A stretch of 62,584 nucleotides of DNA, the filler included, from Choristocarpus tenellus KU-1152 (lineage: Eukaryota; Protista; Phaeophyceae): assembly GCA_964200185.2 (NCBI GenBank). It is 8 parts of 8 records of this genome, joined end to end, with 100 filler letters (N's around TTAATTAATTAA, not from the genome) between each part and the next. Parts side by side here need not be neighbours in the genome. Positions count along the whole stretch, not along the records: positions 36,258 to 40,953 come from CAXNAD020013429.1; positions 41,054 to 49,907 come from CAXNAD020004258.1; positions 50,008 to 54,365 come from CAXNAD020014933.1; 5 more parts are not named here. The stretch is one strand, 5' to 3'. The position numbers and the translations under genes were made by a program. The notes under the pieces are model-generated. The model worked only from the letters and a program-made list of their open reading frames with translations, was not told the origin of the DNA and ran no database searches. This document shows positions 39,600 through 50,520 of this stretch, piece by piece (the first letter of the stretch is position 1; every line of letters starts with the position of its first letter).

Positions 39600-40340
39600 T
39601 AATGTGTCTTCAGCCTCCTAATATAAGATTGCAGAGACTCCTAGCGCTGGTCCAGAACTGTAAGTAGACTAATGTTATGTCTACATTGCAGGAACCATCA
39701 CTGACGAAGCTACTGCCACTGCTGTGATCAGCTGGAGGATCCGGAAATCTTGGAGTTGTTTCTACAAATTGTGCCAAGCGCTCTACGGCAGTGTGCTGAA
39801 TAATAGGGGACTTCTTTATGGTAGAGATGTGTCTCACTTGTGCATAAGGTTGAAACGAGCTCAAGATTGACGGGCTTGCGTTTTGTTATATTGTTGTGAA
39901 CATGGACACTCGGTCAGATTCTTTCTGTGAAACTTCCATCCCATCACCGCACATTCCTGTTACGTTGGGTCGGATTTCGCGAACAGAAATGCACAGATCA
40001 GGCACTGTCCTACAAAGATGCTAATGTAAGGACTTGGCGTTAGAGTATTGAAGTGACTGTGCGCCAAGGGAGACAGACTCCTGTACAACAGGAGTATCAG
40101 CTGCATGAGGATGAACTACTTCCGGAGGAGTCGATGTTTGGTGAGCCTGCAGATGGAAAGCGAAAGCAAGGTGCACAGGAGAAGAACAGGTGGATATCCC
40201 CACAAGACGGTCTTGAGAATTTGGGGATTATGGTTGAGGGATCAAGGTCAGGGATAATCATTATCAGAGGTGATACGCGTGTGAGGCTGGCAACACTACT
40301 AGCTTCGTGGCAGAGTGGCATTCCAAGGAAGTTGTGATAG
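39600..40340 (+). mobile_element. Decayed RTE-like LINE, 3' part of RT and downstream region
   Basis: YVYIAGTITDE...ISWRIRKSWSCF (cf. YLGS..I..RI..A...F), LLYCCE/TWTL, HHRTFLLRWVGF, ALSY, SIEVTVR, MFGE in the expected order, with stops and frameshifts. Confidence 0.72.
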
Positions 40341-41084
40341 ATGATGTACGTCGTGGTATAGCTGCATCTAAGGTAGTCCAAGGAACCAACACCATCACCA
40401 CCACCATCGTGTGGTGAATGGTACGCTTTCTCATATTTTCTCATCGTTCGGTTCATGCGTTCTTGTGTCCCTATTTTTATTTCTTTCCCTTTCGAGTTTG
40501 TGGGCTATTCATTCCCTTTATGAGACATGGGGTGACTAATGTTTTTTCAGTCTTGGTGTACCTTACATGTGTCTTAAATTGAACGGGATGTTCATGTTCC
40601 TACCGGTTCTCTTCATACTGCCATACAGATATGGACTTTTTCCTCCTTTCTTTCTCTCTTTTTTATTTTTATTTTTTATCTTTTTTTATCTTTCTTCCAC
40701 TACTTTTTGCCCTTTCTTCTTGTTTATTATATTTTTGGTTTTACTTCTCAACAATTATTTTTATCACCTTGATTTGGACTACTCTTTCCATACCCCACAC
40801 CCTCACACTAATCACACTAACATCAAGAATGATGATTGTATGTCTGCTCGAGTACTGTTTTTTAATATTTATGGTATGAAGTGTGAGAGCCACATTCCAC
40901 AGAAGGTATACCCTGAAGGTTACCTAACTTGAATATCATGTAGAAGGTATACCNNNNNNNNNNNNNNNNNNNNNNNNNNNNNNNNNNNNNNNNNNNNTTA
41001 ATTAATTAANNNNNNNNNNNNNNNNNNNNNNNNNNNNNNNNNNNNNNNNNNNNCAATGACATTGCTTGAAGGGGGCGCAAAGAA

Positions 41085-41267
41085 GCGGGGTGGGGGGGGT
41101 GGCGGCCGTCCATTTGGGGCCAATTTTTTCATGTTGCGATTTTTGGGTGATTTATTTGCATACATCGGATAGATAATGTAAGTGCACTTCCCTGGTTATG
41201 GCCCAAACGGATACCCTGGTGTAGAACCCCCCCCCGGCCCCCCCCGCCCCCCCAGATACTTTGGGTC
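41085..41267 (-). mobile_element. MITE family A copy, one TIR lost near the contig start
   Basis: Reverse-complement match to 49262-49441, ending CCCCCAGATACTTTGGGTC. Confidence 0.8.
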
Positions 41268-41867
41268 ACAGTCACAAGCGCCTTAGAGCAAGTTAGAGTA
41301 GTTTGATCCTATGGGAGCATCATGCCGTCTCTTGGGCAATTTGTCACAGCTGTTTTTCGACTCAACTGGAACGTTTTTGAGGTTCGTGGGGATGACAACA
41401 CCTTGCGGCTTCTGCTCTTGAAACCGTGTCAACACATGCTATGAATCCTAACCCCAACCCTATCTACAAGGAGCATGTGAATCTCGAGGGAAACATGTGC
41501 TGCATCAAATTTTGTAGATTTGGTTTAACCTGGGTGCCTCTCGCTATACGTGGTTAGGGTTAGGGCTCTGCCCGCTCTTGCAACGGTTTCAGTTCAAACT
41601 AGGGTTAAGTTTTTGGGTCGAAGGGGGGCAGCATCTTGCCACGTCAATGCTTCCCACAGTTTTGGTTGCAGTGAAATCGGTTTGGCAGGTGGGGAACGCA
41701 CCATTAGCTCTACAACAACACAATTTGGAACAGGTGGTAAATTCCTTTCACGTTATACAAGTATTTTTGGGGCATTGTCTGGGCTCCATTCCTCTGGATT
41801 GCATCATCCATCTTCTTCTGCGGGATGATTAAGTAGGAGGGTAAGAATTAGATACGGGTCAAAGTAT

Positions 41868-42090
41868 GAGTGAAAGTATCTTAGAGGGTACGAGTTTTGC
41901 CCTGTTTGTCCATTTCAGGCTTGGCTTCCCATGGGTTCTCTTATGACATTTTCCTACTCCGAAATGTTTCGGAGTTAGGGTTAGGGTAAAGTGTATACGT
42001 CATGAAAGGGTGTGTCTAGAACATGGATATTGACACTTCCTAACAAACACGATAGCCAAAATTACATCAAAATCGCAACATTGGATATTT
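41868..42090 (+). mobile_element. MITE family B, 3'-truncated copy carrying a (TTAGGG)2 insertion
   Basis: First 37 bp identical to 25283; TTAGGGTTAGGG at 41975-41986 where the sister copies read GAGT(A/C)GGTAAA. Confidence 0.82.
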
Positions 42091-42936
42091 TCAATTCCCA
42101 CAAACCGTCCACCAGCGCATTGTGGATAGGAAATAAGGATTGGTAGATGAAAGACACCTAGACGACCCATATCTCCTCAGGGAAAATGGGAGGAGCTAAT
42201 TCATGCTGTGCTCTTTTATTTTCTTTCTTTATTCTTAGTGTTGTGGGACTGTTCTTACCATATTCCTTTTCGGATGATGGCCAATCGATAGCTATTCTAT
42301 TTCTAGATCGCGGAAACTTGCCCCACACTACATATTGATAGGGTTAGGGTTTCATTATACTTTTTACAATTCAGAAGCAAAGATGCTAGGTGCCGCGTAC
42401 TTGTACCCTTTTGTCTCTATTTCCCCTGATGAGGTGCTGCCTTGTCCTCTATTTTGTCAATATCAATACGTCCAAATTCTGATATCGGAACATACTCAAA
42501 TATCGAAATTTGATTACACATACCTCATGTAATGTGGAGGGATTCTTGCACATAGTGGAAGGCATTCCTAGTAGTACGGCCTAAATATAGATGTGTGCCT
42601 GCCCATCAAGCTGATACCCGACATCTTTGTTCAGAAGGGGCAAGCTGACTGTGCTGTCTCAATAAAAAGACTTGAATCGTGCTACCAATAGGGTTGGTGC
42701 TTTCAACAATTTGGGTATCAACTTGACTTTGTGTGGGCAAGTGAAGGTGATGAGAAGTACCCAGAGTTGTGTTCTTTTTTTCAAGGATGACAGAAAAGTA
42801 TGTGAAAAAAAATGTCTCTTTTTTTTTACATATTTGAGTTTTTTCGAGCAATAGAGAAATCAACCCTAACCCTAAGTCAAACTTAGCACTTCATACATAC
42901 AAATATGGGTGAATTGCAGAAGATCGAGAAACTGGT

Positions 42937-43193
42937 GAGTCAAGGTATCTTAGATGGTAAATCCCTGTCCGTTTGGGGGCCAAAATCCAATTATGCGATT
43001 TTGATGTAATTTTGGCTATTGTGTTTGTTAGGAAGTGTCAATATCCTTGTTCCGGACACTCCTTTCATAACGTATACATTTTACCGACTCTGAAACATTT
43101 CGGTGTAGGTAAATTGTCATAAAAACCCGTGGGAAGTCAAGCCGCAAACGGACAAACAGGGCAAAACTCGTACCCTGTAGGATACTTTCACTC
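42937..43193 (-). mobile_element. MITE family B, complete 257-bp copy inserted in a family C repeat
   Basis: TIRs GAGTCAAGGTATCTTAGATGGTA / TACCCTGTAGGATACTTTCACTC, flanks TGGT/TGGC. The uninterrupted family C site (ACTGGCTTA) is visible near 49733-49741. Confidence 0.85.
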
Positions 43194-44007
43194 TGGCTTA
43201 TGTTGCAAAACGGCAGTAAAAACCCTAACCCTAAATTTTAAAAAACTGGGTAGCTTGCGTCTACTTTGAACCAAATCTGTCATAGACCGATATGTGGGGG
43301 AAAATTCCTGCAAGATCTTAGGTTTTAATTGACCATAGCCTTTACTCACTTAGAAACAGATATAAAACAGAAGTATAGGGGATATCGCTGAAGCTGATGC
43401 AACATCAACACCGGTTACCCTAACCCTAACAGATTTTTTGGGGGGGGGGGCTGAGGGGAAAATTTGTTGCGCCTCTAAGCTTGAGGCTTTTTCGGTTCGA
43501 CTTGGGTTAGGGTTAGGGGGGGTTTGTATTGTTTTGGCAACATGGGGTTAACACATACAATTTGTTGTTGAATGTTTGGACTTTTTCCCTATTGTTTCAC
43601 GCCATGCAGGCAACAAGATGAAAATTCCAAGAATATGAAATATTTTAGTTTTAGTTTTGTTTGGAAATACAGGGACACTCTCGATCGTGCCACGATCAAT
43701 CAACATTTTCCAGTCTTTAGGACCCAATTTTCATTTTTGCAGGGGGCTCAGACCTTTGAGGGTCATCTTCTGCCACTTTGAGATCCACAAAATTAATCGT
43801 TCCGTCTGGAATAATTATGGGGACAAGGTATTACTTCTTCAATATCTACGATAGTCTCGGTTCAACTCTCACTGACGTTGATGAGGAATCTTTTCTAAAC
43901 ATTATCAGAACATTTCACTCACAAGTTTACACCCGCACAACTACACTGGTGAATCGCATTGCAGCCTTACCATTGCTATGTGTTGAATCCCACACCTTTC
44001 TCCTGGT

Positions 44008-44276
44008 GATCCAAAGCAATTAAGAGGGCAGGGCAGCGACCGTTACGGGTCATAAATCCAACGCGGCAATTTTGATGAATTTTGGCTATTGCGTTTGTTA
44101 GCAAGTGTCAATATCCTTGCTCCGGACACACCTTTCATAGTCGTGCTCCGAAATGTTTCGGAGTAGGTAACTTTGTTCACACAGAAAACCGAAAAATGGC
44201 ATGAGAAACCCGTGGGAAGCCAAGCCCCAAACGGACAAACAGGGCAAACCTCCTACCCTCTTAAATGCTTTGGTTC
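44008..44276 (-). mobile_element. MITE family B, diverged complete copy
   Basis: GATCCAAAGCAATTAAGAGGG...CCCTCTTAAATGCTTTGGTTC, flanks GGT/GGT; internal match to the other B copies. Confidence 0.75.
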
Positions 44277-47115
44277 GGTGCTTTAACAATATATGTTGGT
44301 CTTCATCTAGACTTCCCAAAAACATTATATTGTGCAGCGTCTTTCTACCTTTACCAAGAAGTTTCGAATAGAGGTTGGATTAGGAGAGAAGTCGTTAAAG
44401 AAAGGTTGAGGATGGTGATACCAAAAGGGTTCATCCCTGTGGTCCAAGCTCTAGATACACACAACTACAGGCACACAATCACCTGCCACTGCTATGATAT
44501 ACACAAGACTTCGAGACAGTTGATGTGATATTGTGGGGTATTTGTGATACATGGTACCTGAACATACAAATTGTTGGAGGATGAAAAGTGTACAATGCAC
44601 CAAGTACTAAGGGGGTTAAAGGTAACATCTGAGTTGCTGTGCCTCACCTGGTAACTATTTTTTTTGCTGAGTTGACTCTTTAAAAACAGTATCATTGTAG
44701 CCCTTTTCAACCATCTCACAGGTTTGGCACATTTTGGTTTTTGGTTTTGCAGCGTGTATGGCGACATTGACAAATATCATCTTTTTTTCTTCTAGTGACA
44801 GATTCACAATATTCCAATTGACTTGCAGGTATAAATAACACATTATCTTGAGCAGAAGTACATAACACTGACTAATGACAAAAACATAGGTCTCTCAAAG
44901 AGGAATTATTTATTCCCTCTGGATTGGATTGTTCCACTACAGATGACAGGCATTCATCTCTATGTACACGTAATTGCGTTTAGGGTTCATGAGCAAATGA
45001 AATTATATTGTCACCACCCTACCCTCAAGACCACTTAGCTTTGGGATGACTTAAAAATGCTTGAAACGTAAATTTCAAATCTCTCCAACGGAATATCTTG
45101 CATATGATACGTCAACTAGAAAAATGAAAAAAAAAACTCAACCGAGCACACCTCAGGATGTCAACCACGATTGCCAACCATGCTTGTGGAACATACTGAA
45201 ACCCATGGTAGGTGCTCGAGGTTCCTGTACACCTCAGGGACCCCAAGCATTACCAGAGTCATACAACGATTTGCCCGCCTCAACCCACCAGTAGCAGACT
45301 ACACCAATGGGGCATTGGACTCCCTGGTGAGTTACACAAATAAGTGAAACGCAATATTGCCTGCTCTGTGTAATAAGTTGCATGGGTTCATTTCTGTTAT
45401 GTGTATCTGGGTGTGGGTGAATGCCCCTTTCAGCCTTGGTCCTTGATGTTGGTGCTCGGATGTTTTGCTTATCTGGCTAGATGACAGTGACTGGACCAGT
45501 CTCTCTTTTTTTGTTTTGTTTTACCTGTAATCACCTATCATCATTATCACTATAATATATGGTGTTTTCTCTTCCCCTGTTCTTACCTTTGGGCACGGGT
45601 CTGAGACTCATCATCTTAGTTTGAAGACAACTCAATAAAATGTAGAACGTTTCAGGGGCTCTAGGGGCAGTCAGGTTTAGGAGTCGGGTTTGGAAGGGAG
45701 GAGTTGGATGAGTTTGCTGTGCGACTGGTACAGGAAAAGCAAATAAATATCCATCAGAAGAGAGACCTGTTGAAGGGGTGCACCCTCTGCATCAATTGGC
45801 CCTGTGTCACTCAGGGGTTCAAAAATATTGCAAAAAACTGATCACGTCAATCTCACCCCTGCCCCGACAAAATACGACATGATAATAAGGGTGCTACAAG
45901 CCTCCAGGAGAGGTACAGGCTGGTCTCCTCACAACATTATATCAAATAGGAATTTGCACTACTCTCCAATTCTTTGCGCCGCCCTTTAAAACTGCTTCAA
46001 AGATTTCAATTGCAGATTGTTGCTTGCTCACTGAAGAAACCACTGGTGAAAAGACAAATAAATCCGATCAAATGTAAGACACCTTATGCACCACCTTCGG
46101 ACTTTTCTTTTGACTCTTACGGCACTCTAGCCAGTGGGTGAAAGAGCTGACACTTGCCCACAAAACTCGTTACAACCAACAAATCATTGCCCAGAGCTGC
46201 GCAGATAATTTCACCCATAAATATTTTGAAGTTGTGTTGTATGCCCTGCTATATTATTGGTGAGAGTCAGTCGAAGCTTTTCTTGATAACACACTGTCCT
46301 TGGATCGTCTCACAACTGTGATACCCCGTCCTTTTCCAATGTACTTCCTCCTTGCTCCAATTGGGTGCAGTTTGGCTGCAGACATGGTGACAATAAGCAA
46401 TCAATGGAGGACTTCCCGGCCCTCGATTCCCAATAGTATATGCCCTGGGATAGACCATGCGCCCGATAGTCCAACTCATGTCCTATTGGTTGTTTTTTAA
46501 TGAGGTCAAAGTGTGTGGCAGTATCTGTTAGGAAGAGACAAGCATTCTTCATGTCCCTCTTCTCCATGACAGTATCCTAGCTAAGTGGTTCTGATGCAGG
46601 CGGCTTTGCATGTTACAGGTTTGATTGTTGCTTGACCTGATCGATTTGTTCGTTGTACTAGTCAGGAACGTTGTATATATTACAGTAAGAATAGGCCTTT
46701 GCTCAAGGACCTAGAGTGGCACAATCTTGGCGTGTAACAGCTTACTACCACTTCCAGCGGAAAATAAATTCGCCGTAGCCTTTTGAACTGAGGGATGGTG
46801 ATCCGCAGCAGGAATCTATTGGCATAGATCAGGGCGTCTCCGTCTCCAACAGATTGTTGCCCCTGCAGTCTTACACAGTAACAATGCCGGAGGAACTACC
46901 AATGACCCCCCCCCCCCAGAAATCTACTTTCAACATACTGTTTGAGATAGGAAGGACAAGAGCACCCAATGGTATCATACAGAAGAATACATGCAAAGCA
47001 TGGGCACTCCCCTCCCGTACAGTTTGTGAATGAGCCCTAGCCCCAAAAATACCAACTCAGGCAGCCACAAGCCATTTCGGAAGAATAAAAAAAAAGTTTA
47101 ATGTTCAATATTGCA

Positions 47116-48430
47116 CTATCTAGAAGAGGTAGATAGATGTGACTTTAGTTCGTCATACAGTTTTTCTTTATCCCTTTCATGTCCCCTCCTTATCATGTCG
47201 CCATACTTTTTCTGCTCTAGCACTGGCACTTGGTTAACGTTTTGTTTTAAATGTTCATATCTCGTGGATGATTCTACATCCCAATTGAGTTCTAGATCTC
47301 TATAGGCACCTATGAGCCGAGAGGGGATTCCAAGCCAAGCGGTGGAAGGTGCAAGTCCAACCCTCTTCACACACAAGAAAATGCGAACAAATTATTATTT
47401 CTTTGTGTAAATGGTATGGATCACTCTCTCGCAACAGCATTTCAAAGTACGAGTAATTCTATCCCTAGTCTATGCGAGGTATTTCTTCTCGGCTCAAAAG
47501 GCATGACAAGAAAAAGTTGCAGAGGTATCGTGGAAGTGGAGACTGTTTAAGTTTGTACTAATCTGTTCTGATTCCACCAGAAAAGTAGTGCCCACTTTAC
47601 TTTGTGGGCTACCGGTTCAATTCATGCTGTGCATTGAAGCGACAATATTGCAGGATTTGTCACTTTTTCTACCGATAATATTCTTCAAATCACATTTCTA
47701 TTAGTTAGGTCGTATTTTTTCGTGTGACATTTGCTACAATGTATTGAGTCTTGGTCGCTGTTTAGGATCATCGCTTGACATGATGATATTACTCTCTAAC
47801 TTCCAACTGTACTATGATGATCATGTATGAGTATGCCACCATGTCACAAGAAAATACTGGATACAGGTATATATATACTCCAGACGTGAGTCAAAGTAAG
47901 CAAAGGGTACCCACAGTTGCATTTTGTGGGTATCAGTGTTAAAACATAGGGTACTCATTTGTTTTTTCCTTGATACGATGCAGTCCACCAGTCAATATTG
48001 ACTGTTGATTGGTCCGTTACGCACTGGTCGTTACTGTCACTAGGTCATCATCGCCACATCCATTACCATCAGAACACCGCAGTTCAGAACAGTCACTCTG
48101 CATTCTACACACGGGAATAGTATGCGTCACTTGGTTGCATCACCTATTGACTCAAGCTTGTTCTGTTGTTTTCCTTTTTTGTTTTCTTTCTTTCTTCTTT
48201 TTAGTACCAGAAGATGACCTTTGTGCGTTAATTATTGGTTATTATTTCTTTCTTGGTTGACATTGATCCCTCATAATGCACCAAGCTCACTCTGCAATAA
48301 GTGCAACTGATGCACACCTGGATGTTATATATTCAGAGTTAAACCATCCACGGAAACCCTTGCCAGCCAAGGTAAAAAGACTCCCCACAGAGTATGGATT
48401 CTTTCGTTGAGTATCCCATGAAATAACACT
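47116..48430 (-). CDS. Possible exons of an unidentified gene
   Basis: Candidate AG-GT exons VISWDTQRKNPYSVGSLFTLAGKGFRGWFNSEYNIQ (near 48425-48320) and a terminal exon DLELNWDVES...DELKSHLSTSSR* (near 47300-47116). No recognisable motif, and the junctions are unresolved. Confidence 0.25.
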
Positions 48431-49261
48431 GAATTCACATCGCATCATTCTTGACTGAGAGATCAATGACCGTTGTTAAAACAGAATAAATACATCGGTG
48501 CTTTGCAGCACAATCACATCTATTCACAACACAGACTACGCATTTTACTCATCAGTGCTTTGCAACACTATGATTCCTCATCGCTCGTAGTCTACCCATT
48601 TTGCTCACAATTACGATCGATGCATTCGATCAAGATTATAACATTCAGCAAATATGTCCAAAATTTGAATTAAAAAAATATATATACATAGATAGGATAT
48701 TTTCCGAATGATGTCGAAATGTTTCAGACAAGTCAAACTTGGAACTTCATCCATAGAAAAATGAGTGCATAACGAAAGGTCATTCAGATCTCCATCATCA
48801 ACATGGTCATTGACACTATCGGGATCAGTGTCCTCAACACTGAGCCGACTAGTAGGCCATGCCAAAGGGTAGTCCAATGGATCTATTCCCAAACAGTATG
48901 TAGCAGGGGGGTAAGCAAATAACAATGGATATCAGCACCCAAGCGCACTCATTTTTTTAAAAGGGAGAGAGAGAGTGCTCTTCCGCAATGTATAGATGGG
49001 GAGTGCAATGATGACAGGATTATTTCCTTTGAAATGGGTAGCGAAGATGCCCTCTAAATGTAGGGCTGGCCTGGTGGATAATGCATTGCCACAATCATAG
49101 CAGTATTGAACTAGCTACTGTATCGCATGAGGCAGACCCTCATCGATTCTAAAACTATTACAAAAGAACGAAAAATAAAAAAATGAAGAGTAGGGAACAG
49201 AAAAAAACTGGAATTTACAATAGTAAATAGCAACACAATATCCCCACTTTGTTAACATGTA

Positions 49262-49441
49262 GACCCAAAGTATCTGGGGGGGGGAGGGAGTTTATACCAG
49301 GGCGTCTATTCGGGCCAAAACCAGGAAAAGTGCACTTACATTTTCCATCCGACGTATGCAACCAAATCACCCCAAAATCGCGACATGAAAAAATTGACCC
49401 CAAATGGACAGCCACCCCCCGCCCCCCAGATACTTTGAGCC
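49262..49441 (+). mobile_element. MITE family A, complete 180-bp copy
   Basis: TIRs GACCCAAAGTATCTGGGGG / CCCCCAGATACTTTGAGCC, flanked by TGTA on both sides. Other copies: 14085-14168, 33172-33276, 41085-41267, 49888-49907, 50038-50201, 56985-57162. Confidence 0.88.
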
Positions 49442-49504
49442 TGTAAGGGTGTGGGCTTCTCCTCGCCTTCTTTGCATAGTTGCTAAATACCTCTGTCTGA
49501 GTCA

Positions 49505-49760
49505 AAGAAAACGAGAGGTACCCAGAGTTGCATTATAAAGGTGCTGATAAATGTGCAAAATGCGTCTTCTAGTACAAATAACAGCGGATCAAGATAATGG
49601 CGGATGGATCATTTCATGGAGGATGCTTTCTGAGTTGTGTCGGAAAGTTTCAAGCAATAGAGAGATACATTATCTGAAGTGAAACTTAGAACTTCATCCA
49701 TAGAAATATGGGTGAATTGCAAAATGTTGACTACTGGCTTAAACCTGGGTATCTCTCTTT
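49505..49760 (+). repeat. Dispersed repeat family C (unclassified)
   Basis: Blocks AAACGAGAGGTACCCAGAGT and AACTTAGAACTTCATCCATAGAAATATGGGTGAAT recur at 15310-15575 (inverted), 42745-43203, 48700-48780 and about 41500-41550 (inverted). Confidence 0.7.
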
Positions 49761-50201
49761 TACTTTGACTCTCTGCAGCGTGACTGTTGATGGCTAAAGC
49801 TTGTCTGACATAAGGATATCCCCTAACATGCGAAGGCCTCATCAACCTGAGTGAAAGTATTTTAGGGGTACGAGGTTTGCTCCGTTTGACCCAAAGTATC
49901 TGGGCGGNNNNNNNNNNNNNNNNNNNNNNNNNNNNNNNNNNNNNNNNNNNNTTAATTAATTAANNNNNNNNNNNNNNNNNNNNNNNNNNNNNNNNNNNNN
50001 NNNNNNNGGTTGCAGTTAAGACGTGTGCCTGTCCGTTCTGGGGGGGGGGGAGGTCTACACCAGGGTGTCCATTTGAACATAACCAGGAAAGTGCACTTAC
50101 ATGATCCATCCAACATATGCAACCAAATCACCCAAAAATCGAGACATGAAAAAAATGGCCCCAAATTGACAGCCGTCACCCCTCCCCAGATGCTTTGAGC
50201 C

Positions 50202-50520
50202 TCTCACCCCTACTGCATGTGTGGCTAACTCACTAAAAAAACTCTCTGATTGCTTTCGAAGGCATCCAAAAATTACCTCTGTGTGTGAGGGCGTTGAGAT
50301 TAAATTTATGAGGGCCAAAAGGTCCCTTGAAGTGGGTGCGCTTTAGTGTCTTGGTTGCAGCACCAACACCGTTCCTGGTGGATGAGTGTGACAGATGACA
50401 GGCTGCCTCCACCTCTTCTGGAAAACCAACATCCAATAATGGGAGGTCCCAGAATGGAACCATGCTCGTGTCTGAGAGTGGCCCACTACTGAATACCATC
50501 TCCATGCGGAAGTCCTGGAA
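50202..50520 (-). mobile_element. Endonuclease-region fragment of the RLE-type non-LTR family, cut by a MITE-A copy
   Basis: RMEMVF...LLDV...NGVGAA...KRTHFKGPF...FNL then FFSELATHAVGVRG; parallels the 14170-14400 fragment. Confidence 0.55.

Noticed and set aside
41868-43193. One 1.3-kb element with long TIRs formed by two inverted B copies
   Set aside because: The 43193 copy has its own partner TIR at 42937 with a target duplication, and the outer flanks do not match.
43570-44530. Ulp1-like protease remnant (FNIYDSLG)
   Set aside because: Single weak motif; removing the MITE-B insertion does not restore an open frame.
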